DNA from: a bacterium
GTDB taxonomy: Bacteria; UBA8248
Assembly: GCA_965219955.1 (NCBI GenBank)
Contig: OZ244799.1
Coordinates: forward strand, 3,008,001 to 3,072,000
Length of the DNA: 64,000 bases
Reading direction: 5' to 3'
A program made the translations under genes and the position numbers. Under the pieces are notes generated by a model. The model made no database searches. It was given only the letters and a program-made list of their open reading frames with translations, and was not told where the DNA came from. Below, piece by piece: positions 9,582 through 19,626 of this stretch. How positions within the stretch are numbered: position 1 is the first letter of the stretch; each line of letters begins with the position of its first letter.

Positions 9582-11368
9582 GGCGAATTCTTCTCTTCCG
9601 CTTTTTTCGCGTCTTGCGAGTCGTCCGGCGGAGCCGAAGAAGCGGCGGAAACGCTTTTTCCGTCCGCCGGGCTTCCGGCGCCGGGCGCGGCGCTCAAAGG
9701 AGCGGGAGGCGCAGCGATTCCGCTTTTCTCCCCAAGCGGCGTTCCGGCTTCCGGTGCGCCTTCGGCGTCCTGCCCATCACCCGGCGGACTGGAAGAAACA
9801 GTGGAAAAGCCCGCTGCCTCTCCGGGTTTCCCAGCACCCGGCGCGGCGGCAGGCGAAGCGGGAGAACCGATGGCGCGGACCTCCTTCTCCGGCGCTTTGG
9901 CTTCTTGTGTCCTTTTGGGGGCTTGCGCCGCATCGGGGGACGGGAGAACAGGGACGGCGGCGCCCTTCTCCACCGTTTCCGGCTTGCCCGCTTCCGGGTT
10001 TTCAGGGCGTTTTTCCGCATCCCCGGGAGAGGTTGTCGAGACCATCGCCGAAGGAGCCGCCGGCTTATTCCCGGCGGGCGGTTCGGGGCGTGATGCGAGG
10101 GTTCGGCCCGATTTCGTGATCAGCGTTTCCAGATACGCCGCCAGCGCGCGGCGCTCCTCTGGCGCACCCGCCAAAAGAGGGTACGGGGGGTGTTTGGAAC
10201 GCATCTCCCCGAGAAACCGAAGCGCGTCTCCTTTGAGCCTGAATCGGGGGAGCCGGGCCGGGTCCTGCGGCTTCACCCAATCCGCATGGCAGGCCATACA
10301 CTGCGCGCGGAAGCCGAACGCGCCGAGTTCGGCCTGCGCGGGCACGGGCTCGCCCAGGTTCACGATATTCCACAAGCCCGTTCGATTCGAGTCCACCGCT
10401 TCTTCGATGATCATTCCGTTGCGGTACATATACCGGTGGATCTGGAAATGCCCCTTCGCCTCCACGTAGGCCCACCCGAACGCCGCCATGAGAAGTACAA
10501 CCAGCGCCGAAGCCGCTCCCGCATGCCGGCGGCCATGCGCTTCAGGAGCGCGGACGCCCCACCTGTACCCGATGCCCCCCAGGGCGGCCGTCGCCGCCAC
10601 CGCGGCCGCCACCAACCAGAACACCGGCTTCTGATTCGCGCTTTCCGGCAGGCTGATTCCCCACCATATCCATCCGGGAACGCCTACGGCGGCTCCCCCC
10701 GCCATCCACTTGCCCAGTTCATGCGCCAGGGCGGCGCGCCATGCGCCGTCCTCTCGGGCCGCGGCGTAGAGCAGGCCGAAAGCGCCGAAGGCCGATATCG
10801 AAACCGCCGCCCACGTCAGGAAGGCGGCGGGAAAGGCGGGATTCCAGAGAGCGTTCGAAAGAGCGGGCTCCGCCACCCACGCTCCCGTGTGCACCGAGAA
10901 GGCGCAGATCGAAACCAGAACGACCGCCGCACCCCAAAAGCCGATCGCCGAGATGAACCCCCACGCCGAATGAAGCCGGCTCTCATGGCGGTCTCTCCCC
11001 CATGAGGAAATATATCGGCCCGAACAACAAAGGCCTGCTGCGAAGAGCAACAAACCGAGCAGGGCGGGCGCCAGGAAAATCGAATGGAGTTGCTCCATCA
11101 TGCGGGGACGCTGGGCCATCATGACGACCCAAAGGGCAAGGCCCAGGGGACATGCCGCCCATGCCGCAAGAGCCCGCGTCGTCTTCGCGCACAATAGAGC
11201 GAGGCCGTCCCATCTGGGGTCCATGCTCCCAGAAGCGCGCGACCCGGCGATCAGGGTGAAAACCGAACCGCCGCAGACGCACGCGCCCGCCAGGGCGAAG
11301 AGAAAATAAAGCCCCGCCGCCAGGAGATGGTCGGAGAATGACAGCGCTTCCTGAAATGGAAATGGCAC
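9578..11368 (-). CDS. Polytopic membrane protein with c-type heme motif and Pro/Ala-rich tail
   Basis: About 8-9 TM helices, then YMYRNG, a CMACH (CxxCH) motif and a low-complexity P/A/E C-terminus. Confidence 0.75.
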   Translation of the reverse strand: MPFPFQEALSFSDHLLAAGLYFLFALAGACVCGGSVFTLIAGSRASGSMDPRWDGLALLCAKTTRALAAWAACPLGLALWVVMMAQRPRMMEQLHSIFLAPALLGLLLFAAGLCCSGRYISSWGRDRHESRLHSAWGFISAIGFWGAAVVLVSICAFSVHTGAWVAEPALSNALWNPAFPAAFLTWAAVSISAFGAFGLLYAAAREDGAWRAALAHELGKWMAGGAAVGVPGWIWWGISLPESANQKPVFWLVAAAVAATAALGGIGYRWGVRAPEAHGRRHAGAASALVVLLMAAFGWAYVEAKGHFQIHRYMYRNGMIIEEAVDSNRTGLWNIVNLGEPVPAQAELGAFGFRAQCMACHADWVKPQDPARLPRFRLKGDALRFLGEMRSKHPPYPLLAGAPEERRALAAYLETLITKSGRTLASRPEPPAGNKPAAPSAMVSTTSPGDAEKRPENPEAGKPETVEKGAAVPVLPSPDAAQAPKRTQEAKAPEKEVRAIGSPASPAAAPGAGKPGEAAGFSTVSSSPPGDGQDAEGAPEAGTPLGEKSGIAAPPAPLSAAPGAGSPADGKSVSAASSAPPDDSQDAKKAEEKNSP

Positions 11369-11438
11369 CGGAGTTACCTGCTCGAAATGATGAAAGACGC
11401 CTCGGAACCGAAACCGGAGAAGCCGATTCCGCCGATAC

Positions 11439-12557
11439 TTACACCTTTACCGCTTCGCGCGTCAGATATTTCTCCACCTTGTCCTCATCCAGGGCGACGC
11501 CCAGTCCGGGCGCGTCGGAAATCGCATGCCGACCCGCCCTCATGTCGACCGGAGAATCCACGACGTCGTCGAGCATCTTCTCGGGGCCGACGGACTCTAT
11601 CGCCGCCAGGAAAGCGTTCGAGGTCGCCGCCACGTGAATCTCGCCCAGCGTGTAGGGCGACAACCCGAACCCGTGGCCGATGACCAGCTTCATGCCGGCG
11701 GCCTCCGCCGTGCCGACCATGTCCCTGACGCGCAGGGGGCCGCCCTGCTTCATGATCTTGACCTTGACGATATCGGCGGCTTCGGCCCGGATGATCTCCA
11801 GCAGACTCTCCGGCCCGAACACGCACTCATCCGCCATGACGGGGATGTTGATGGAGCGGCGCACGCGGGCGAGCCCCTCGATGTCGGTTCTCGGAACGGG
11901 CTGCTCGAAGTGATGGATCTCCGCCCCCTCCACCTCGCGCGCGAGGGCGATGGCGTCTTCCACGTTCCCGTAGGACTCGTTCGCGTCGATCCGTATCTCG
12001 AAATCATCCCCCGTCGATTCCCGCACGGCCAGCACCCGCGCCGCGTCGGATTCCACGTCTCCCCCCGTCTTCACCTTGCAGGCCCGCCAGCCGCGCTCGT
12101 AAAAACCCCGCGCCTCGCGCCCCGCCTCATCGGGCGCCTTGATGCCGATCCAGGCGTTGAAGCGCACCTCGCGCTTCACGGCGCCGCCGAGCAGTTCATA
12201 CAGCGGGACGCTTAAGCATTTCGCATGGAGGTCCGCCATGGCGAGCGACAAGGCGCCCTTGCCGCCGTCGAAGCCGTCGCAGGCCTCATCCATCTTCTGC
12301 GTAATCTCGCGCGACGCCCGGGGGTTCGCGCCGATGAGCGCGGGCGCAAGCTTGCGCTCCACCGCGTCCGCAATATCGTCGCGGCTCAAGCCCGAATACC
12401 CCGCCACGGGTTCGACGTCGCCGATACCCGAGAAGCCGTCGTCCGAGGTCACCCGAACGACGACCGAGGGCTGGACGTTGTGGTTGTGGTTCGCGTTCTT
12501 GAAAAAATCCCGCATCGGCATGTCGACGCGGAACACCTCGATGGATTCGACTTTCAC
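11439..12557 (-). CDS. Mandelate racemase/muconate lactonizing enzyme family protein
   Basis: KVK, IDANE, FEQP, MADE, KIMKQGG and PGLG enolase-superfamily motifs. Confidence 0.9.
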   Translation of the reverse strand: MKVESIEVFRVDMPMRDFFKNANHNHNVQPSVVVRVTSDDGFSGIGDVEPVAGYSGLSRDDIADAVERKLAPALIGANPRASREITQKMDEACDGFDGGKGALSLAMADLHAKCLSVPLYELLGGAVKREVRFNAWIGIKAPDEAGREARGFYERGWRACKVKTGGDVESDAARVLAVRESTGDDFEIRIDANESYGNVEDAIALAREVEGAEIHHFEQPVPRTDIEGLARVRRSINIPVMADECVFGPESLLEIIRAEAADIVKVKIMKQGGPLRVRDMVGTAEAAGMKLVIGHGFGLSPYTLGEIHVAATSNAFLAAIESVGPEKMLDDVVDSPVDMRAGRHAISDAPGLGVALDEDKVEKYLTREAVKV

Positions 12558-12669
12558 GGCAATCCCCCTCTATTCATTCAAAACGGCCCGAAACCCGGCG
12601 AAATGGATTGTACGCTTCCGTTGACGACTTCTTTTTCCCGCTCGGGGGTTTCTCGTTCTCCCCTTGAAG

Positions 12670-12835
12670 GGGGTTGTTGAAAAAGCCTCATCAATCGGGC
12701 TCGACACGTAGGGGCGGGCCTCCGTGCCCGCCCGTATAGGGAATGTCTACCCCCGTAGTTTCCTCGGACAGGCACGGAGGCCTGTCCCTACGGCGAACAA
12801 TCTGGAAGGGCGGACAGGGCCTTTTCAACAACCCC
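12670..12835. mobile_element. MITE with IS1182-type ends carrying a pair of GTAG-type REPs
   Basis: GGGGTTGTTGAAAAAGCC...GGCCTTTTCAACAACCCC with flanking direct repeat TTGAA(G). Internal GTAGGGGCGGGCCTCCGTGCCCGCCC and an inverted GGACAGGCACGGAGGCCTGTCCCTAC. Confidence 0.85.
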
Positions 12836-12914
12836 TTGAAGGGAAGTGATCACGTCATTCCCCTCCCCATCCGGAGGCTGAAACCCGCTGTCGAGTCACG
12901 CCCTTACGAAACCC

Positions 12915-15900
12915 CTACCCCGCTTCCGCCACGGCCTCTCTTACGCGCTGTCTTAACACATCATCGACGGGGCGGGAAACGTCCACGCCCGGACGCAGAA
13001 AGGAAAACACGAGTTCACCCGCTTCGAGACCCGTCGCCGCCTCCAGCCCCATGACGTAGGCGGCTCCCTGGTTCTCATAAAACGAGACCCTATCCTCCGC
13101 TTCGCCCGCCGCGACGTTATCCGTCTTGAAGTCCACGACCACGAGCTTGTCCCCTTCTTCGAACACCAGGTCGATGGCCCCCCGGATCACCCTGCCCTCC
13201 GACTCGAACACGAAGGGAAGCTCCCGCCGGCGCTTCGATGCCGCCGCCGCGCGCGCCAGAATCCTCCCCGTCCCCATCGAGTCCCGAATCAACCCCATGG
13301 CGTGCTCCACGTCCTCGGGGTCCAGGCCGAACGTGCGGGCATAAGTGACGCCCTCTCCCCGCAAACTCTCCAGGCGTTCGGTCTCGGGCGGCTCGAGCCG
13401 CGCGAGGATCGCATGCACCAGGTTCCCGAACGCCATGCCTCCCGCGTGAACCTCGATGTCCTCGGGCGCATCCTCATCGTCAAGCGTCCATGAGGCGACA
13501 GGCTCCTCCTCGTCGAATCCTTTCACGAGACCGCTGGGAGCCAGGGGCTTTCTCGTCTCGACCGGCTTCTTCAGCCGCTTCAGTTTCTCGTCGATGGCGG
13601 CGCGCCGGTCGAGGACGCCCGCCGAGCCCCCGTTCACCGGGCGGAACACGTCGTCGCGAAGGCGGAGAATGGGCTCGGGTTCCCCGGGTGCTTGCGGCGA
13701 CACTTCGAGTACCGAAGCGGACGCCGCCTGAACCACCTCGTCCATCACATCATTCGTCTTCCGCTCGATTTCTTCTTTCTTTTTCCTGATCTCCTGCTCG
13801 ATTGCCTTCTCGTCCGGTTCCGCACCTCTCATCTTCTTTCTCATCTCGTCTCTCACCGCATCCTTCACGAACGAGCGAAAACCCGATTCCGGCCAGAGCA
13901 GACAGTCCCGCGCCCGCGTCGCGCCCACGTACCATAGGCGTTTGATTTCCGCCTCCCGAAACCTTTTTTCGCGTTCGAGCGCACTCACATAGCCTGCCGA
14001 ATCCAGTAGTCGGGGTCTGGAACCCAGACGCAACTCGACTGCTTCGTTTCTTCTCTCATGATTCGCGATCCGCGCCTCGGAACCCCCGGCGCCCCGCCCC
14101 TCCATATCGGCGAGGGCGACCACGGGGAATTCCAGCCCCTTGGCCTGGTGGACGCTCATGAACTTCACCGCCTCGGCTCCCCGATCGTCCAGAAACGCCT
14201 CGGGCTCCCCCGCGTCGCGCCCCAGGTCGTATTGCGCCTCCAGATGCGCGGCGAACGCATCCACGCCCCGCCTCCCGTTCCCGGCGAATTCATGCGCCAT
14301 ATCGAGGAGTTTCAGGAGATTGGCGACGCGCTGCTCCCCTTCTGAGGACGCCAGGAACAACTCGAACGCCCCCGTGCGGCGGTATATCTCCTCCAGAAGG
14401 GCGCGCGCGCTCGAATCCCTCTTCATGCCGTGGAGGAGACGGATTTCGCGTACCGCTTCTCGCAACTCCCTGGGCGGTTCTCCCGTTTTCAGGAACCAGC
14501 AGGCCAGTTCTACGTCCGAAAAGCCGTACAGGGGAGAGCGCAGGGCGGCGGCAAGCGCCAGCGGATCGCCGGGCCGCGCGACGGCGGACAATACCGATAC
14601 GACCGCGCCGACCTCGAACTTTTCGTAAAACCCGTTTCCCCCGTCGGTGACGAAAGGGATCCCCGCGCCACGGAACGCTTCCTCGAACCGGGCGTAGCCC
14701 GTGCGCGCGCGGAACAGGACGGCGACGTCCCCGTAACCGACGGGGCGGCGCGCGTTTTCTTCTTTATCGTGAATCTCTACTTTCCTCTCCACCAGTTCGC
14801 GGACCGCGGCGGCGAGGCGGGCGGCCTCGGCCTTGCGCCTCTCCTCCTCGTTCATCCTGCCGCCGTCCCCGGGGTCGTCTCCGTCTTCTTTCCGCTTGAA
14901 CAGGAATACGGCCGGGCCTTCGGATTCGCGGTGCGCCATGAGTTCGACGTATTCGGGCTGAATGTCGGGGTTTTCGGGATCGTCGACGATGACGCGCGAG
15001 AACGCCTCGTTCACGAAATCGACCACGCCCGGCGTGCTGCGGAAGTTTTCCGTGATATGCAGCAGGCGGCCATTCGGGAGAGCCTCAATCATCTCCCTCA
15101 CTTCGTGATAAATGGCGATGTCCGCCCGGCGGAAGCGGTAGATGGACTGCTTGGGATCGCCCACCAGGAAAAGGCCGGCGTCTTCCAACAGCGCCTCGCG
15201 CCAGTCGGCGGCGTCCCCCTCACCCGCGAGCAGGAATATCAACTCCACTTGCAAGGGATCGGTATCCTGAAACTCATCGACCAGATAATGTTTGATGCTC
15301 CCGCGGATTCTCCCGCGCACGGAGGCGTTTTCCCGGACGAGCTTCGCCGCCAGGAAGAGCATGTCCTGATAGGACAACAGCCCCGCTTCGCGCAGATCCC
15401 GCTCGAAGGACTCGACGAAACCCCGGACGAGGGGAACCAGACCGGCGAGCATCTCGTGGGAGACCGTCGCGGCGCTTTTCTCCATGAACCGATCATACCC
15501 GCTGCGGAAGAGCCTGAGGGTCGCTCTCCCCTCATCGGTGGAATCTCCCCAATTTTTCGCCGAACCCACACGCTTGTTCAGCCTGAAGCCGGGATTCCAG
15601 AACTCGCGCAGCAGTTCCGTCTTCGATAACCCCGAGAGGACCTCCAGCCAGCTCTCGGCTTCTCCGAGTTGTTGAAGCGCCTTGTCCTCTTCATCACTGC
15701 AATGACGCTCCCCGAAGTCCGCCCAGGCCTCGAACGCCTCCTGGATGCACGCATGGATTTCATCGGGAGACGCGCCTTTTGCCCGAGGGAAATGTTCCCT
15801 CAGTTCCGGCAGGTCGAGCAGGGCGTCGCGGATTCTCTCCAGATCGGTTGCCGAAAAACCGAGTTCCAGGAAATCGCGCAATCGCGCATCGTCTCCGTCC

Positions 15901-16352
15901 AGCGTTTGCGCCAGCCAGTCGCGCCAGGCCGCGTCGCGCCGCGCCTCGCGTTCGACCTTATCCACCTCGCCCACGTCGGGCCGAAGCCCCGCCTCCACGG
16001 AGAACGCCCGCAGGATATCGAGCGCGAAGCCGTGGATGGTGGAGATGCGCGCGGATTCGAGGTTATCCAGGGCGTCCTGCAGGCGCGCTCTCGCCTCGTC
16101 GTCGTCTTCTTGCTCGACCGCCGAGAGAATTTCACTGCGAATCCTGTCCTTGAGCTCCGCCGTCGCCTTGCGCGTGAAGGTGATGGCGGCCATCTCATCC
16201 AAGCCCACGCCCTCGTTCCGAATCAGATGCAGGATTCTTTCCACGAGCAGGGTGGTCTTGCCCGTGCCCGCGGCCGCCTCGACCAGAACGGGGCCTCGCG
16301 TCCAGGTCGCGGCCTCGCACCTTTGTTCCTGATCACGCGGCTGCGCGCTCAT
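12915..16352 (-). CDS. addA: UvrD-type helicase/nuclease AddA subunit
   Basis: AAAGTGKT, LVDEFQDT, VGDPKQSIYRFR, ENFRS, HQAKGLEF and YVGATRAR motifs, plus C-terminal GAIDL...VDFKT nuclease. ATGA overlap with addB. Confidence 0.88.
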   Translation of the reverse strand: MSAQPRDQEQRCEAATWTRGPVLVEAAAGTGKTTLLVERILHLIRNEGVGLDEMAAITFTRKATAELKDRIRSEILSAVEQEDDDEARARLQDALDNLESARISTIHGFALDILRAFSVEAGLRPDVGEVDKVEREARRDAAWRDWLAQTLDGDDARLRDFLELGFSATDLERIRDALLDLPELREHFPRAKGASPDEIHACIQEAFEAWADFGERHCSDEEDKALQQLGEAESWLEVLSGLSKTELLREFWNPGFRLNKRVGSAKNWGDSTDEGRATLRLFRSGYDRFMEKSAATVSHEMLAGLVPLVRGFVESFERDLREAGLLSYQDMLFLAAKLVRENASVRGRIRGSIKHYLVDEFQDTDPLQVELIFLLAGEGDAADWREALLEDAGLFLVGDPKQSIYRFRRADIAIYHEVREMIEALPNGRLLHITENFRSTPGVVDFVNEAFSRVIVDDPENPDIQPEYVELMAHRESEGPAVFLFKRKEDGDDPGDGGRMNEEERRKAEAARLAAAVRELVERKVEIHDKEENARRPVGYGDVAVLFRARTGYARFEEAFRGAGIPFVTDGGNGFYEKFEVGAVVSVLSAVARPGDPLALAAALRSPLYGFSDVELACWFLKTGEPPRELREAVREIRLLHGMKRDSSARALLEEIYRRTGAFELFLASSEGEQRVANLLKLLDMAHEFAGNGRRGVDAFAAHLEAQYDLGRDAGEPEAFLDDRGAEAVKFMSVHQAKGLEFPVVALADMEGRGAGGSEARIANHERRNEAVELRLGSRPRLLDSAGYVSALEREKRFREAEIKRLWYVGATRARDCLLWPESGFRSFVKDAVRDEMRKKMRGAEPDEKAIEQEIRKKKEEIERKTNDVMDEVVQAASASVLEVSPQAPGEPEPILRLRDDVFRPVNGGSAGVLDRRAAIDEKLKRLKKPVETRKPLAPSGLVKGFDEEEPVASWTLDDEDAPEDIEVHAGGMAFGNLVHAILARLEPPETERLESLRGEGVTYARTFGLDPEDVEHAMGLIRDSMGTGRILARAAAASKRRRELPFVFESEGRVIRGAIDLVFEEGDKLVVVDFKTDNVAAGEAEDRVSFYENQGAAYVMGLEAATGLEAGELVFSFLRPGVDVSRPVDDVLRQRVREAVAEAG

Positions 16353-19300
16353 ACGGCCCTCTCCCGCAACACGCGAAGCTCGCTCATCCGCGAATCTCCC
16401 TCTTTCCGCGACGCGCGCTCGGCCCTGTCGGGCCCGCAGAGGAGCTTGTAGTCGCAGTACTTGCACCCATCAGCAGAGGGCGTCGGGAAAAAGCGCCCCT
16501 CCCCGGCCGAGGCGAGGAAATAGTCCAAAAGCGCATCCACGTCCGCCATGCGCTCCTCGACTTCTTCACAAGACCGCGCGCGCTCTTCCACGCCCTCCTC
16601 CTCGGTGACGTAGACGTATGCGCCGCTCACCCGGGCGTCCTCCGGCAAGGCGCCCGCCCGCGCGCGCAGACCCCGCGCGTAGAGATGAAGCTGGAGGCTC
16701 TCGCCGCCATCGAGAATTTTTCCCTTGGCCGGGATCGAGCTCTTGCTCCCTCTCGTCTTGAAATCGACGACGCGGTATTCCCCCGCCGCGTCTCGATCGA
16801 GCAGGTCCATCCGCCCGCTCAGGAGGAGTTCCCCCGACTCCAGCGCTATCCGCATTGGCTCCGAACCCCGGCCCCCGAACCTCTCCTCGACCATTACCGG
16901 GAGCCGGCCCGATGCGTCCGCGCGCATCAGTTCCAGATAGCCCCGCAAGCGCCGGTAGAGCGCGCCTTCGAGCACCGCCCAGGGCAGCACGGGCAGGGGC
17001 GGCGACTCGGCCTTTTCCGCCTCCTCGGCCATCGCCTTTCGGATCGCATCGCGAAGCGCCTCCTGCGCCGTCGATTCACCCAACGCGTGAAGCGGCCTGT
17101 TCTCATCCCTCAGCCAAAGGTGAAAGCGTTCGAGAATCCGGTGCGTCAATTCTCCCCGGCTCATCCCGTCCAGGGTGAAAGGCGGGAGGGGCTCTTCGCG
17201 CTTCTCCATGCGCGGGTGCAGGCGCTTGTTGATGAAGCGATACGGACACCCGAAGAATACCTCCACCGCAGTGACCCCGAGCGGACGCCCGGAAGAGTGA
17301 ATCCTCGCCCCGATGAACTCCCGCAAATCGCGAGCCGTGAGCATCCCGTCGTGCGCAGTCAACTCATCCTTCCGCCATCGCTCGCTCAGGGCGGCCCGCC
17401 TCCTGAGGAACCCCGGAAAATCGTTCATCCAGGAGAGGCCGCCCGCCTCGGGCCGGCCGATCTGCTCCGCCATCTGCGCCAGGCCGTACTCGCGCAGGTG
17501 AGCGGGATTCCCGGCAACGGTCTCGGCACACAGCGTCGCGGCGGCGGTGCGGCTGCGCGAGCGCGCGAAAAGCCCCCACGCGCCGTCTCTCTCCTCATCC
17601 AGGGCGTCCGCCAGATAACGGCAGAACATGCTCGGGAAAGACGCCGCATTCTCCCTCGGCGCATCGTCCGCGCTCGTCGCCGTGAGGATGAGGCGCTCGC
17701 GCGCCGACTGGAGGATCGTCCACAACTGGAAACGCGCTTCGCTCTCGCGCGATTTCTTGAGCGGAAGCGCGATCTCTTTATCCGGGAAGGCCTCCTGCGC
17801 CGCGCGGTTCAACGCCTCGCGGGCCGAATCGGGCAGGAGCGGGTCTTCGCTCCCTGCGGGCGGGAACAGGCCCTCGCCCAGGCCTGCGAGGGCGACGAAG
17901 CCGAAGGAAAGGCCGCGCGCGCTCTGGATGGAGGAGAGACTCGCCAGGTGGCCTCCTTCCGGTTCGTTCCTGCTCAAAGCGCTCTTCTCGAAAAAGCGTT
18001 CGCAAAGATCGTGGAACCGATCCAGCGTGATTTCCCCGGTAATATCGTCCAAATCCGCCAAGGAGGAGACCGCATCCTTCACCAGATCAAAGTCGCTCAA
18101 GCCGCTCGTCGTCTCCGAGAAAGCCTCAAGAGCGGACTCGACGAAAACCGAGGGCTGCCCTTGTTCCGGAATTTTTTCCATGAGCGCGAAAACGTCCCCC
18201 ATCGACATGGCGAGGGAATGAGCGGCGGGGCGCTCCTCGTCCTGCTCTCTCATTTTCTCCAGTGCGTCATCGAGCGCCGCGAGCCAGGCGTCGTGATCTT
18301 TCAGGTAGGGCAGGTTTCTCGAGAAATACTCCCATCCGGACGCGAGGGCGGGGTCATCGGCAATGTCTTCAAATTCGTATTGCCTCGCCAGTTCCCGGAA
18401 CATCAGCGAAGCCGTGAAGCCTCCCTCATCCAGAAAGCGCATCAACCCGGCGCGCGGGTAGCCTTCCAGCGGCAGGCGGAGCATGAGGAGGAACAAGCGG
18501 GCGGCGGGCGCATCGGACAAGGGAGTTCTTTCTTCCGCCCGGCAGGGAATCTCCAGGGTGTGGAACGTCTCCTCGAGCAGATCCTGATAGCCCTCCCGCG
18601 CGGTCATCAGGACGCATATTTCGTCATCGCCCCCGAAATCCTCCCGCGCCCGCAGAATCTCCCGGCATGCCTCCCACGCCTCGCGGCCCCTCGTGGGAGC
18701 CGCCACGACGCGCAGGGCGTCCGCCGCCACAGGCTCCGCATACGCCTCATCGCGCGAGAAGAGCGCCCCCGCGAGACCCGAGAGCGGCCTCGGCTCGACC
18801 GGCCCGGCTTCTTCGCGCTGAAAATTCATCCCCTCGAACCAGTCGATGAAAGGCTGCGCGTGCGCGCACGCAGGCGCATCCGGCTGCGCGGGCACGAGGG
18901 CCTGTGCTTCCGCCTCGCGGCAGACGGCCGCCGTCAGCCTGCGCTGAAGCGCGTTCATCTCGGCGAAGCCGTAGAAGACGGTAGGTACGCGCGGGGGTTC
19001 GGCTTCCGCCCTCTCGCACGCGGTCAGAAACAGCGAGGAGCGGTCATAATACTCCCGCTCGCGCATCGAGCTCCGGAAACGCTCGGCCAGAAGCGCCAGA
19101 TCGCGGAGGCGCGCCGCATCGGGGCCCGAAATCTTCCCGGAAAGTTCCCTCAAGACTTCGGGCGAGAGGTTCGCCTCGGCGAGGTCGGTGAGCGTCGCGC
19201 AGAGGCTCTCGCCGTATCCTCTCGCAGCGGTCTTGAAAAAGGCGAACTCCCGCTGCGCGCGCTCGAACGTCTTCTCGGCCAGTACCTCGGCCAAGGCCGG

Positions 19301-19576
19301 GTGAGGCTGCGTGAATCCCGCCAGGGCGCGCCCGGGTTCCGCGACTTCGCGCGCCAGGTCGATCATGCTCAGAACCTCCACGCCGGCGAAGCCGCCCGCG
19401 CGCGCGAGCACGCCCTGGACGTGATCGCGCAGCCGGTTCGAGATGACGACGACGCGCCTGTACGCCAGCGGGTCTCCCCCGCCCAGGCCGCGCACGCGCG
19501 GCGCGAGGGATGATTCGAGATGGTGGAAAGGAGCGGTCACCAAGATTTTGGGGGCCTGCGCCATGGGGAGTTCCAT
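16349..19576 (-). CDS. addB: AddB-like inactive helicase/PD-(D/E)XK nuclease subunit
   Basis: GCPYRF, GRMDLLD...VDFKT, LQLHLY and CKYCDYKLLC Fe-S staple cysteines; lies upstream of addA. Confidence 0.85.
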   Translation of the reverse strand: MELPMAQAPKILVTAPFHHLESSLAPRVRGLGGGDPLAYRRVVVISNRLRDHVQGVLARAGGFAGVEVLSMIDLAREVAEPGRALAGFTQPHPALAEVLAEKTFERAQREFAFFKTAARGYGESLCATLTDLAEANLSPEVLRELSGKISGPDAARLRDLALLAERFRSSMREREYYDRSSLFLTACERAEAEPPRVPTVFYGFAEMNALQRRLTAAVCREAEAQALVPAQPDAPACAHAQPFIDWFEGMNFQREEAGPVEPRPLSGLAGALFSRDEAYAEPVAADALRVVAAPTRGREAWEACREILRAREDFGGDDEICVLMTAREGYQDLLEETFHTLEIPCRAEERTPLSDAPAARLFLLMLRLPLEGYPRAGLMRFLDEGGFTASLMFRELARQYEFEDIADDPALASGWEYFSRNLPYLKDHDAWLAALDDALEKMREQDEERPAAHSLAMSMGDVFALMEKIPEQGQPSVFVESALEAFSETTSGLSDFDLVKDAVSSLADLDDITGEITLDRFHDLCERFFEKSALSRNEPEGGHLASLSSIQSARGLSFGFVALAGLGEGLFPPAGSEDPLLPDSAREALNRAAQEAFPDKEIALPLKKSRESEARFQLWTILQSARERLILTATSADDAPRENAASFPSMFCRYLADALDEERDGAWGLFARSRSRTAAATLCAETVAGNPAHLREYGLAQMAEQIGRPEAGGLSWMNDFPGFLRRRAALSERWRKDELTAHDGMLTARDLREFIGARIHSSGRPLGVTAVEVFFGCPYRFINKRLHPRMEKREEPLPPFTLDGMSRGELTHRILERFHLWLRDENRPLHALGESTAQEALRDAIRKAMAEEAEKAESPPLPVLPWAVLEGALYRRLRGYLELMRADASGRLPVMVEERFGGRGSEPMRIALESGELLLSGRMDLLDRDAAGEYRVVDFKTRGSKSSIPAKGKILDGGESLQLHLYARGLRARAGALPEDARVSGAYVYVTEEEGVEERARSCEEVEERMADVDALLDYFLASAGEGRFFPTPSADGCKYCDYKLLCGPDRAERASRKEGDSRMSELRVLRERAV

Positions 19577-19626
19577 ATCAACGGCGGCGGGCGGTTTCGC
19601 CGGATGAAGAAAATCCGAACGTTCGA

